DNA of 64,000 bases from Octopus vulgaris (Eukaryota): assembly GCA_951406725.2 (NCBI GenBank), contig OX597817.1, positions 136,896,001 to 136,960,000 on the forward strand. The letters run 5' to 3'. The translations under genes and the position numbers were made by a program. The notes under the pieces were generated by a model, which worked only from the letters and a program-made list of their open reading frames with translations, made no database searches and was not told the DNA's origin. This document shows positions 37,661 through 51,640 of this stretch, one piece after another. Position 1 is the first letter of the stretch. Each line of letters opens with the position of its first letter.

Positions 37661-40005
37661 CGATGACATCAGATGTTGGTGCTTTCAGGCATCTTGTGGG
37701 GTCCATGGGCCCTCCACCATCTCTCTCTCTCATGAAACCAATCTAAAAACATCTCTCACAGCTAAAAGTCTAATTATATTGAACAATCTCATATTTTCAT
37801 CTACAAGATTATTATTGTAGTCTCCATGTTGCTAATAGTCTTACAAATATGAAAATATATTCTAGAATCAAGCTTTTTATTAAAAAATTTTTTTCAACAT
37901 ATTTAATCAGGTTGGTTTTATAGTTTTTGGAATTCTGTGCAATAATAGGAACTGATTCTACAGAATTGTAGTGCTGTTAGGTTGACTGGCTGAATAGCTC
38001 AGCATTTCATCCAGGAAAAATATAAAGATGCTGTAAAAGAAAAAGACAAAAAAAAATGAAAACAAAAATATTTAAATTGTCATATACCTTATACAAAATC
38101 ATTGTCAATTTTTTCTGGTTTTTTTTTTTTTGTTTTTATTTGTTACCTTGCTCATCTTGTGTTGTGTTACCTGTGCTTGACATCGTTAGCAATCACTGTA
38201 TTTTATATTTCATAATTCTAACCAATGCTTCTCATTTGTCTTCATATTTCTCTTCGCAATCCTTTTTGTTTTACTCACAAATTTTCTTTGCAATCTTCCA
38301 TCTTTTACTTTTGAGCCATCTTCTTTCCATTCACATTTTTCTTTCCTGAAAATTAGAATTTCAAATTAAGTCTTATCCCATCAGAATAATTGCTATCTTT
38401 GTGGTAATTCTTCAACATTTACTCATGTGCAGGAGCTCTTGTTTCCAACAGGCTTGAGAAACCATATTTCTAACTTCTACTCCATCTTGTTCTTCTACAA
38501 TTCATGTAATTCCATATAATTCTTACCAGAGATGTTATTAACAACATTATTATATGGTTTATTTAATTCCATTAAACATGGAAGAGTTTCTTGTCAGAGT
38601 TCTAAAACTAAACATAATCTTTGACCTCACATACATGGATGGGGAAATTAGTTTCCATTCTCTAAAGCAGTTGCTTTTGCTGTTATTGTTTTAGTCCAAG
38701 TGAGTGACCTTCCCATCCTATCGCATATCAAGAAATACAGTATTTAGTGTTACCTCTATTTAACATGATTGAATATAATTTGAGTGAGATTTTTCTGCTA
38801 TTTCTAATAGATCAGGGATCTGAGTGAGGGTTTCCCCTGCACTTGGAATGTATTTTTACCTTTTCTGGCGATAGAAATAAAAGCTGTCTCTTATCATAGC
38901 AGTCCTGTTTGGGTGAAATTAATAAACATTATTTCCAAAAAGAATGGCATTATAAGTCTAAACATCTTCAGTGGCATGTCGGTTACGTTGTTATCTACCA
39001 GACTCTTGCAGCAGATTAATATTTTAAGTCTTACAAGATGGGGAGTCTGCAGAATCATTATAATGTTTGGTAAAATGCTTAGCGGCATTTCATTCATCTG
39101 TATGTTCTGAGTTCAAATTCCACTGAAATTAACTTTCTTTCATCCTTTCAGCTGCTGGGGGTTAATGTAATTCACACATCTCCTACCTTGAGGTTGCTGG
39201 TCTTGTGCAAAAATTTGAAACCAATATTTTAAGTTGGTGATATAGAATCTCTCTTAAGGTTCCATTCTGGTTTGATTCCCTGAAACATCAGAATGAAATG
39301 CAATGTTGAATCTATCACTCCTTGATGCCATTCTTTACTTTATAATTTTATTCTTTGTTTTAACCAAAAACATTTCTTCTTGACCATGATTCTGAAATAT
39401 AGCCTGAGAGAATCCTTTTATTGTCCGTAGACACCTAATATGTTGATTCGTCATGGTCTGGAATGTAGTCCAAACATTAAAGTCACATCCATCTAAAACA
39501 AAAAAAAAAATTATGCTTCATAAATCATTCTTTTAGTTTAATGCTAAAGATCTCCATTGTCTTCTGTCAGCTTCCCTCTGACATCATCATAATCATCATC
39601 ATCATCATCACAACCACCACCATCATTGTCCTAAGTGGCACACCCAGAAGACTAAAAGTTCCACATTACACTAATGATTAAATGTTATGTCTATAGTTGA
39701 TTGTTTTGCATGGATTAGACAAATGTGTTGTTGTGATGTTGTTTTAGAGTGAGGTGCCCTTCCTGTTGCTAACCCTCATCTGGTTTTTAAGAAAGGAACC
39801 TCTTAATCTATTGGCTTTGAAGATATGAAACAAGCAGATGTTCACACACACACACACACATGATTGTCTTCTTTCAGTTTCTGCCTATGAAATCAATTTC
39901 CAAGGCTTGGGGCTCATGGCTATTTGCCCAAGGCGCCTTACAGTTGAACTGAACCTGGAACCATGTGATTGGAAATAAAACATCTTAACCACACAACCAT
40001 GCCTG

Positions 40006-40041
<36 letters not shown>

Positions 40042-41356
40042 GTGGTGTAGTTTGGACAAGTGGTCACTGTTCTTTGAACTGTAACACTTTGTCCAACTCA
40101 TGCCATTATGGAAAAAGTGGATGAAAAACAGTGATGATGATAATGAAGGTGATGATGTATTTGCGTATTTGTATCTCTTTGTATGCATAGAATTACCTTC
40201 CTGTCTGTCTGTCTCTCCCTCTTTATATGTGTGTGTCTCTTTGTGTTTGTGTCTTATACATTTATGTTTGTCAAAATAGATGTGAGTTTGTGATATTCAT
40301 GCAGTACCTTCAATATCCCAGTAATTAACTGTTCTCTGTGTCTTCCCTCTGGTACACAACCTCAGTATTTTCCTACCTGAAAACAAACAGCAATCTTTAT
40401 ATTTTTCCTACAGTCGATATCATTAGACCAGCATTTAGTAACCACTGGTAAAGTGAAGCTATCAATTCATTTATTATTATTATTATTATTATCATTATTA
40501 TTATTATTATTATTATCATTATTATTTTTTTTTTTTGTGTGTATGTAAGTTCGGCTTTTTAATAAATTTCTTTTTTTTTTTCTTTTTGACTGTGCATGTT
40601 TCATGATTAAAATCCCTGAGCAGAGTTTAAGTTGTAGCAAAAACTAATGACAGAGTCTCTATTGAAGGCATGTATGGTACATGTGTATTTATATATGCAC
40701 GCACACACACACACACGCACACATTTTGTATGTGCCTATGAGCATGTCAGCTCATCACCCTTAAAATGTCTCTGAGATGTCATTGGAAATTATCTAAAGA
40801 GTTTGTGTGGGTGCATGCATACGTGTGAGTGAGGGTGAGAGAGAGAGAGAAATATGATACATACAATAAAGAAAATATATCTGCAAGTCTGTAAAAATGC
40901 ATTTTGCCTTCATTTGATTTTTTTGCTGAAATTTTTATGGGACTTGATTCTAGTAAATATTCTTTTTTGTTAAAGTTTATATTTGACAGCAAGAAATGAA
41001 CCGAAAGAAAATGGGTTCATTTTCTTGTCAAATAAAGGCAGAATTTCAAAGCCACTTCACTTACTCCACCAGTTATTAATCTAAACACCAAGTCAAACCT
41101 ATTTGCAGATTCATAAAATTTATTCTTCTCAAGATTTCTATTGTTATATTTCAAAATTTTCAAATATTTATCTGAAGCCATTAATTTGTATGGTTCTTTG
41201 GTCATTCCTGGTTTTAGCTACCAAACAGTCTGAGCCAGAAAGTGTTCTACTATAATTGAAGTAAAGAACAGTGAAGATGGTCAGACTGTATGAATCTAGT
41301 ATAGGGACATAGCATTTTGAGCTCAAATCTTGCTGAGGTTGACCTGGTTCGATACA

Positions 41357-41910
41357 TTAAATACCAGTAATACACCAGGCTACATGATTATCATTTATCT
41401 TTTACTTGAACCAAAGAATCTCACTCCTGAACATCTAAATAAAAGGGACTACTTTCCCTTAACCCTTTCATTACTGTATTTATTTTGAGATGCTCTGTGT
41501 TTGTTTCAATTACTTTTAAATATAACAAAGAATTTAGTAGAATAACTTAGTTATCATTCAGCTAGTGTTAGGAACATAAATTGTGACTAAGGTTTGGTGG
41601 AAGATTTTAATTCAAAACTTATGAAAACAAGACATTTGTACTCAGAGCCAGAGCCGGTTTTAGCCGGATTGGTTACGAAAGGGTTAAATACCATATTAGA
41701 ATGACAGCCTGCTCAACCAGCTTAAACTCTGCTTGTGTTACTTTTTTAAATACCAGTAATACACCAGGCTACATGATTATCATTTATCTTCTACTTGAAC
41801 CAAAGAATCTCATTCCTGAACATCTAAATAATAGGGACCACTTCTCCTTAAATACCGTATTAGGACAACAGCCTGCTCAAACAGCTTAAACTCTGCTTGT
41901 GTTACTTTTT
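41357..41910 (+). repeat. Local tandem duplication of ~165 bp (copy 1 41357-41746, interrupted by a MITE; copy 2 41746-41910)
   Basis: TAAATACCAGTAATACACCAGGCTACATG...AACTCTGCTTGTGTTACTTTTT occurs twice. Confidence 0.9.
41463..41683. mobile_element. piggyBac-type MITE, ~220 bp, TTAA target-site duplication
   Basis: TTAA|CCCTTTCATTAC...GTTACGAAAGGG|TTAA. The empty site survives in the adjacent duplicate, and a second copy lies at 58302-58522. Confidence 0.9.
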
Positions 41911-42000
41911 TTTTTTTTCCGTTTTATTTTTCAAAGTTTTTAGTTGTTATTATTTCAGTAGATCTCGTAGTAAAGTGGATGTTATGTGTTCTCTGCTTAG

Positions 42001-42441
<441 letters not shown>

Positions 42442-43651
42442 TAACTATTCTCCCCCCACCACTGCCATACAAACTCTAAAGCTCAGAAAAAAGTTCAGTC
42501 TTTGTTAACCTCACCACATTACTTCAATTATTACAAAAAGAAAAGAAAAAAAAATTTTAACGTTTTTCTCTTAAATATTTTATATAAATTTTTAAAAACT
42601 ATTTATTTTTGTCTTTTTCTTAAGTTAATTTCTTTTAGAAAGTTTTTTTTTTCCTTTTCATTTTACATGTGAGAGTTTATATGAGTATGTACTCATGTAT
42701 GTTTATATACTGTTTGCATGTGTGAGCAAAGGTGTATGTATGTGTATATATATATATATATATATATTTGTGTGTGTGTGTGTGTGTTCATCCATACTTG
42801 TCTGTCGATTCATTTATCTCTTAATTTCTTTCCAAGTAAATATTTAGAAAGTCTTGCAGAATTACATCTTATAAATTTCCTACATTGTCTTCTTTTCCAG
42901 TAGTTTTGATGCTAAATAATTTTGTATTTGCCTCAAGGTTTCTTTTTGTCTTCTACTAGTTCCAACCAATGGCTTGTGTGTGTTTGTGGGGGGGGGATTC
43001 CTTCATCTGGCGCTTGTTGTTGCCACTATGCTTAAATCTTTCAATCTTTCTCTCATACAGTTTTTATAGGAACCAAGTAAATATTAACATTAATAATAAT
43101 TATAATAATAATAATAATAATGATAATGATTTATTTTATTTGCCACCAGGGTGAAGGATGAGGCGGGGCAATAGAAAGACAGACATAAAGTGTTGAGGTT
43201 TACATATAATGGAATAATTAAAGCAAACGAAGTATACATGGTGTACAATAAACAAAGGAAGGCAATATACAGTAGTAAGGAAACAAAAAAGATGATAGTG
43301 ATGTGGTCCTCCTGATACAGGAAGACTTCTAGGGAAAATTGTTGAACCCTACCATCCAAGATCTCCTTGAACACCAAGGGCAAGCACCTTCTCCAACTCA
43401 CGGGTCAGTGGAGGGGAATTGGAGAAGTAGCACCCACTCTTGCCAATAAATTCAACCAAGGACCGCACCTCTCTACGCTCACTTTTCTTTCCAAGTGAAA
43501 CTTAAAAAAGTTGATGAGGCCTCCACCAAAGAGGAATGCATCTATCCTCATGCCTTTCAACCTCGTCACTAACAACATTGATATCAGCAGCCATAATAAT
43601 AGATAATAATGCCAATAATAATAACCGCAACAATAATAATAATAATAATAA

Positions 43652-44341
43652 TCCTTTCTACTATAGGCACAAGGCCTGAAATTTGGGGTGGGGGACTAGT
43701 TGATTACAGTGACCCCAGTATTTCATCAACCCCAAAAAGATGAAAGGCAAAGTTGGCCAAGGTGAAATTTGAACTACCAAACATAAGGACAGACAAAATG
43801 CTGCTAAGCATTTTCCTGCTGTGCTAACAATTCTGCCAGCTCACCACCTTAATAATAATAATAATAATAGTAGTAGTAGTAATCGATAACAATAACAGCA
43901 ATAATAATCCTTTCGACCACAAGCACAAAGCCAGAAATTTTTGCAGGAGGGGATTTGTTGATTACATTGACCCCAGTGCACAACTGGTATTTATTTAACT
44001 GACACCAAAATGATGAAATGATGGAATTTCAACTCATAATGTAAAAATGAATGAAATTCCACTCAGCAATTTGTCCAACATGCTAATTAATAATTCTGCC
44101 AATTTACTGCCTTAACAACAAGAACAATAATGATGATGATGATGATGATGATGACAATAACAAGATAATCCTTTCTACTAAAGGCACAAACCTGAAATTT
44201 TGGGGAAGGGGATTACTCAATGACATCAAGCCCAGTGTTTCACTGGTACTTAATTGACCCCTAAAGGATGAAAGGCAAAGATTGAAATGCTAATAAGCAT
44301 TTTGCCTGGCATGTTAACAATTCTGCCAGCTCACTGCCTTA
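43652..44341 (-). mobile_element. Three tandem SINE family A copies (43652-43851, 43907-44113, 44168-44341) separated by (TAA)/(TGA) runs
   Basis: Each begins TCCTTTC.AC..(T/A)AGGCACAA and ends TTCTGCCA...GCCTTAA on the + strand. Confidence 0.85.
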
Positions 44342-46374
44342 ATAATAATAATAATAATAATAATAATAGATATCCACAAAAGGGAAATCAAACCCTAAGA
44401 ACTTAAATTTTAACAGGTTGTTGTGGTGACATTGAATTGGGATAGAGTGCTAGGGGCTTGCTTAATTCAGATCAAGGAGATAATACTAAGACAATTAGAA
44501 GGGAAGACCAATTATGTAGATGGAAGGAGAACTGAAAAATGCCCTGAAAGATAGCAAAAACGATAAATGGTAATTGGTATTCACAAATTACCATTTACAC
44601 AAATAGGAAATGAGATTAAGTAAATGAGTAAACTCTACGCCTGTATTGAGTACAATTTGTGTCTCTTTTGCAAATTCAAATACTTATGGCGTGTTGTGTG
44701 TCTATTGTAGAGAAAATAAATCTTACGGTCTTGTGTAAGGTTAGTAAATTTGATGTTTGTATTGAACGTTGAAAAGGTTTATGATATTAGAAGGACTGTT
44801 CCAAGTGACTGCAATAGATGTGATAAGAGGACAACTGGGTATTTCGGGTGAGTTTAAGGTTAGGCTGGTACACGGTTTGTTGCTTCTGATGATTAACTGT
44901 TAGATTACTTGGTTATGTTGTTGTTGTGGATGTAATCATTATGATTGTTGTTAAAAATTGTTGCTTTTATTGATGTTGTGAGATGACCAGAAATGCAGTT
45001 TCAGTTCTTCTAGTTACTTCCATTATACTATAATTCATATTTTATGATCTTATCAGCATTGTCTTGGATAGATATTAAATTTTCAGGGAACATTATTTTA
45101 TGAAATTCCAGCATATTCTTTAAAAAAAAATTTTGCCATTTTTGATTGGTTTAAAAATCTTGAATGTTGACCATAAACCTTGTGAGGGGCAAGATTCTCT
45201 GTTAATCCTTCTATTTTGACTTGAATCATCTCTCTGCTCAACCAATCAAATTCTTGTTGAGCTAACACACTTTAAGAGTTATTACTTTCACAATTTGTGG
45301 CCATTCTTCATGCTAAAAATAGAAATCAAGTGACTTTAAATTCATTTTATTTTACCATCTAGGTATTGGTCTTTAAATATCTTTACTTACAATTTTTTTT
45401 GTTTTAATTGTATCCCATTATCTCTTTTACAACTTTAATGATCTTAACTTTAATCTTTCTTCCTACAAAAATTGAATTTTGCATCAATCTTAAAGTACAA
45501 AATTGCAAAGTGTTGCTTTTTTTCCTCTCCCCTCAATCCTTTGTGTCCTAATGTTCCTATTTGCCTACACTTCTAGGTTTACCTCTTGCAAATTCTTCAG
45601 ATGTAAATCACTGTCTGTCAATTACAGACCAACAACATTTTAGATATCTTACATATATGGTATTCTAATCTGACTAACTTCAAGGACATATGAGGCTACA
45701 TTGAAAGAAAGTCTGTTAGACTTTCCTCCAGCAATCCTTTATAACCACAGGCCTACTTTCAAATGTCTTTCACTCTTTCTCTTCTCCTAAATATTTATTA
45801 TTTTTCCCTGACCCCTTTTAATTAAATTTTTCCTTCTCACAGCATATTTGTAGATTAATCCTTTTATTCTTCATCTCCCACCCATTACACCCCTCTTGAA
45901 TTCAGTTTACAATTTTCCATCAACTATTAATCTCCAGTCATTACAATTAAACTTAATTTTTCTCTAAACTCATCAGCCATTTTAGTGTAGGAGCGTCGTA
46001 ACCAATAATGAGTCTTAACAGGTTATGAGTCTAAACAGGTTATGAGCCAGCATGGAAAAATGAATGTCAAATGATGATGGATGAGGATATACAGTGTGCT
46101 TCTTTCAGTTTCCATCTATCAAATTAACTCCCAAGACCTTAGTTGGCCTGGGTCTATTGTAGAAGATGCACTTGCCCAAGGTGTCATGCAGTGGGACTGA
46201 ACTTGGAACAAGTTAACCAGACAGCCACATCTGGTACATAGTGTTAGAAAATGAAAGAAACCATTTCCTTTGAGTATCCATTCAGTTGGTTTCAAGACTT
46301 CACATTCTAGAACAGAATTAAAAAAAGTAAACATCATAAACTCAAACTAACAACAACCTTTATATCATTAATAA

Positions 46375-48499
46375 TGATTCTTGGTTTAGACACTGGGTTA
46401 GTAAGTTTTGATGGGGAGGGTGTGCTGTCAACACTGTCAAATCTAGTACTTGACTGCTACTTTATCTAAAGAATGAAAGGCAAAGTTGATGCTGGTGTGA
46501 TTTGAACTCAAAATGTGAAGAACACTGGAATACCACAAAGCAGTTTTCCCAATGCTTTAATGACTTTGCCAAATTATTTTTGTTATTGTCATCATTGTAA
46601 TGACAAAATCGTTAAGGTATTGGATGAAATGCCTTGGAGCATTTTTCTGAGTTTTTATATTCTGAGATCAAATCTCATTGCATTTAACTTTATCTTTCAT
46701 CCCTCAAGGGTCAATAAAATAAAGTAGCAATCAATCACTGGCACTGGTGGTATTCACTCTCAAATTTCTGGCACAAGGTCAGAAATTTGAGAGTGAGATT
46801 TTGAAACTATGATTATTATTATTATTATTATTATTATAGGAACAAAGCTCAGATTTGGTCCTATTCCTGGTAGGGTTTATGTGGGTAGCAAGTTGCTACC
46901 AGTAACCTTAGGTATCCACACATTTTTGGCTGTCTTTTAAGTGCTTAGAAACCTCCTGATAATCCCTGTTCTCCCTAAGAGGCAAACTTTCTGTAGGAGC
47001 TCTACTGGGCATTCTATTTCAATCTCCTTCAGTCATTTGCCTGCATCTCTGCTTACTGTTCCCAACACATCAATTATTATAGGCATGACCTTTACCATTC
47101 TCATGCTCCAAATTCTTCTTCTTATTATTATTGTTATTATTATTTAGCAAAGCTGGTGAGCTGGCAGAACCATTACCATACTGGCCTAATGGTTGGTAGC
47201 ATTTAATTCATTTTTACATTCTGAGCCCAAATTCCGTCAAGGTTGATTGTGCTGCTCCTCCTTTTGGGGTTGATGAAATAAGTACCAGTTGAGCACTGGG
47301 GTCAATTTCATCAACCAGCTCCCTCACCCCAAATTTCTGGCCTTGAGCCTATTGTTGAATGTAATCGGCTTACTCTGTCATTGGGGTCAGTAATATCGAG
47401 TAATCCCCCCACCCCCAAAGATTGCTGTGCTCGTGCCTAATCAGAAACAATTGTTTAAGAATAATGGATTAACAGAACCATTAGAGTGTTGGATAAAATA
47501 TCTTGAGGAATTTTTTCCAGTTTTCATATTCTGTGTTCAAATCCTGCTGAGGTCAACTTGGCTTGTCATCTTTTCAGGGTCAGTAAGCTAAAGTACTGTT
47601 CGAGTTTTGGGATCAGTGTAACTGACTGTCCCCATTTTCTCAATTTCTGCTCTTCTGACTATGTTAGAAACATCATCATCATCATCATTATTATTGTTAT
47701 TATCATTGAGAGAGAGAGCAATTCTTGCCATTAATGTGATGCTGGGGTACAAATATGCGAAGACTAATATACTCATCATGACTACTTGTCTGATGAGGGT
47801 TCGCCAGGCACATGCATCACAACCATATGTGCACAACAGGATGACCTCAAATCAAAATAAATAGCACATGACTTTCAGGTGGGGACTAGTTAGTTAGGCT
47901 TTCCTTCAGGTTGAATAGCACATCTGCTCAAAAGGTTCATGAATAAGGGTTGTTTAAGAACAATGAATAAAAAACCCATGTTTCCAGAGGTGAATTATCC
48001 AAACCCCAAAGAATCCCTCTCAACACATGATGCTTCCCCACTACTTCTGCTCATGATCAGAGATGCACATATTGTCAGCCACTAAGGGACATGCTCAACT
48101 GGTTAAGATGAAAACAACTGACGAGCAAATCTGCGGTACTGAGCAGAATATTTGCTGTAGCCCATCTTTTATAACAAGACAAACCAATGTACATGATAAC
48201 ACTTCCAATCAGTTAAGATCAGAAGCCATGAGAGCCATTGCCTAATGGGCAATAATAATAATAATAATAATTATTATTATTATTTTTAAGGTGGTGAGTT
48301 GAGAGAATTGTTAGCATAGTAGACAAAATGTTTGGTGGCATTTCATGTCTTAATGTTCTGAGTTTAAATTCCACCAAGGTCAGCTTTACTTTTCACCCTT
48401 TCAGGGTTGATAAATTAAGTAACAATGAAACACTAGGGTTGATGTAATTAACTAGTCCCCTCCTCCAAAATTTCAGGCTTTGTGCTTATAGTAGAAAGG

Positions 48500-48500
<1 letters not shown>
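46375..48500. mobile_element. Cluster of SINE family A copies (minus ~46375-46570; plus ~46600-46810, ~47150-47450, ~47465-47670, 48288-48500)
   Basis: Recurrent diverged family A cores interleaved with (TTA)n. Confidence 0.75.
46839..47121 (-). mobile_element. 3' end of an R4/Dong-like restriction-endonuclease LINE inserted in a (TAA)n tract
   Basis: Minus strand translates to RRIWSMRMVKVMPIIIDVLGTVS...LLQKVCLLGRTGIIRRFLST*, resembling R4/Dong C-termini. (TTA)n on both flanks. Confidence 0.7.
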
Positions 48501-48567
<67 letters not shown>

Positions 48568-49635
48568 CATTATTATTAGCATATATAACTTTTGATCTTG
48601 AGTTTAAATCTTACACGAATCAACTTTGCTTTTTATCTTTCTTTGCTAATTATTTTACTATTGATATGTAATTGCCTCTGTCCCCTGTAGGATATTACTG
48701 GTACTTACTAACCTGAAAGGGAGAAGTAGCATAAATCCAAAACACAATATTGGAACTGTGTGTGTGTGTATAAGATGTACAATAAAAAATTTATATATGT
48801 TGATGGTGTTGGAACATGATACTTAAGAGGAGAGAATCACTTCTCGGTTTATTTTTCTTGTTGCATCTCTCTCTCTCTCTTTTCACTTAAGTAAGAATGT
48901 TCTGTTGGAACAAACTATACTGCGGTAGTTGCTATGAGAGAGACTATCTTATCAACTGCTAGTGATAGTAGTGACTCCTCTCCCTGCCAACGATATGTAG
49001 AATAACAGTGCCAGAGCAGGTGCTTGTGGGATTGTTAAAAAGCTTACTGAAGAAGCTCACTAGCTAACTGCATCATTAGCACCTGTTTTGGCACTATTAT
49101 TCAATATGTCACTGGCAGGGAGATGATTTACTGCCCTCTCTAGCGGCTGAGTGTCCATCATTGACAAGACCAAGGAAGGTTGAAATCACATAAACTGGTA
49201 GTCTTGGTGCTGGAGGTGGTGGGGATTTGTCTCCTCTGCTTGCGATATATACAAGTGTGCATTGTGCACCAAAAGCCAATATGAGAATTTCTCTCATGGC
49301 ATCTATTGCAGTATAGTCTGTTCTAACAGAACATCCACATTCAAGTGGGAATAGATATTACTTCTCCGTATTAATACTGCCTCTGTCACTGATATCTTTC
49401 TGTTGATTGATTCATTAGATAAACAGTGGAAAATGGTACTCAGCACATTTGTTAGGAGTTACATATATTGATAATGACAGTCTGACTGAACTCTGTATGG
49501 CTTAAGAATTTTGTGGGCATATAGAACATGTCCGTCTCATCCGATCTCAGAAGACTTTCTTCTCTTATCTGATGAGATGGATGCATCCTCTGCACCCACA
49601 AAACTTGTAAGTCATATGAAGCAGAGTCAAACTGT

Positions 49636-49678
<43 letters not shown>

Positions 49679-49693
49679 TATGTATATATATAT

Positions 49694-50007
49694 CCGGTGG
49701 CACGTAAAAAGCACCATTCAAGTGTGATTGCTACCAGCGTCGCCTTACTGGCACTTGTGCCGGTGACACGTAAAAAAAAAAACACGATTTTCCGTGACCG
49801 TTGCCAGTACTGCCTAACTGGCCCTCGTGCTGGTGGCACGTAAAAGCACCCACTACACTCTCAGAGTGGTTGGCGTTAGGAAGGGCATCCAGCTGTAGAA
49901 ACTCTGCCAGATCAAGATTGGAGCCTGGTGCAGCTATTTGGTTCGCCAGTCCTCAGTCAAATCATCCAACCCATACCAGCATGGAAAGCGGACGTTAGAC
50001 AATGATG

Positions 50008-50013
<6 letters not shown>
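49694..50013 (+). mobile_element. SINE family B copy
   Basis: Three GGTGGCACGTAAAA-type units, then the family body and a (GAT)n tail. Confidence 0.85.
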
Positions 50014-50038
<25 letters not shown>

Positions 50039-51297
50039 CTTTTGAGCATCACATCATTGCTGTGTTCAATACTGTGACAGGTAACATGGTTTGAAAGGGT
50101 CCACTGGATCCAAGAAATACCTCATGCTTCACTGTCCACATTGGCGTGGTTTCTATCACTGGATGCCCTTTCTGAGGCTAACCACTTTATCGCATGTGCT
50201 GAGTACTCTTTACCAGCACTAGTGAGGTGGTTGTCATATAACTTACAAAACTCTGAACCCTGGGAGGGCCAACTTTATGCTGTAAAATGAGGGAAGGGGC
50301 CAAGGCTGAACAAGTTTCTTGATGTAGAAGATCTATATGGTTACTGTGTTATTGCAAGAGAATACACGCACACACACATATACATGTGTATGTATGTATG
50401 TGCATATGTATATATATATATATCCATATCCAAACTGAGGGAGTGGAACTTGTAAAATGCAAGCCACATATGTTTCCTAGCTAAGTGAAGCTCACAGTGT
50501 AATAGTTATGTAATGTGTGTAATTCTTTGTTACCAATGAATTATTGTTTCTTGTACGCTTTCCACATTTGTTCTCTATACCTGCCATTCACTGCTTGAAG
50601 CTTACCAACTTCCTACACTTGGATCCCCAGGTTGTATCTCACTCAACATATATATATATCAGTGATTAGTTTTGATTATTGCAGAATAATAGTTGGAGGG
50701 AAATTGCTAAATTAGAGATTCTAGAAGGTGATAAGAAGAAAGTTACAGCTGAGGTTTGATTACAGAGCTTAGAGGATTAATCTATTAATCTGTTAGAGAT
50801 GTTGTAAGAAAGCAATGTTTAATCCAATTTACATCTGATTTATTTTGCATAAGATTGAATTCTCTGATACCAAGTCAACTCCTTTGGTTGCTTTAGTATT
50901 TCAAACATGCTGAGAGGGGGTTCTTGCCCACCAGTTGCATGAACAGTTCTATATAACCAGTGTTTTAAATTCTCTATATCAAACAATGAGAAACTGAACA
51001 TGTATTTAATATACAAAGACATGTGATGTAGTCTTTCTCAGCCATAACCAGCCTCACTACATCCCATCTGTTTATATATTTATTGATTTCTTATTGCCTG
51101 CTGAGTAGAATAATAATCACTAAGGAGGACTGATAAGACTGAAACAAGTCTCTTATAAAGATAACAATATCCACTCATATTTCTCTGAGATATTTAGAAA
51201 TTTAATATTTCTAAAATCCACTCCAATTTGCATTGTCTTTATTTTCTCAAACTTTGCACTGTTATCATTAAAGTTATCTCCTTTCTCTATAATATTG

Positions 51298-51640
51298 ATA
51301 GTGCTGCCTGACTGGCTCCTGTGCTGGTGGCACGTAAAAAGCACCATCCAAGCGTGGTCGATGCCAATACTGCCTGACTGGTTCCTGTGCCAGTGGCATG
51401 TAAAAAGCACCTTTCAAGTATGGTCAATGCCAGTGCTGCCTGACTGGCCCTTGTACCAGTGGGACATAATAAAAGCACCCACTACACTCTTGGAATGGTT
51501 GGCATTAGAAAGGGCATCCAGCTGTAGAAACCTTGCCAGATCAGATTGGAGCCTGGTGCAGCCTCCCAGCTTGCCAGTCCTCAGTCAAGCCGTCCAACCC
51601 ATGCCAACATGGAAAGCAGATGTTAAACAACGATAATGAA
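51298..51640 (+). mobile_element. SINE family B copy
   Basis: Three ~67-bp internal repeats, then the family body. Confidence 0.85.

Noticed and set aside
40370-40392. Minus-strand acceptor/donor (ctgtttgttttcag|gtagg) suggesting a nested antisense gene
   Set aside because: No coherent minus-strand exon chain or protein similarity supports it.
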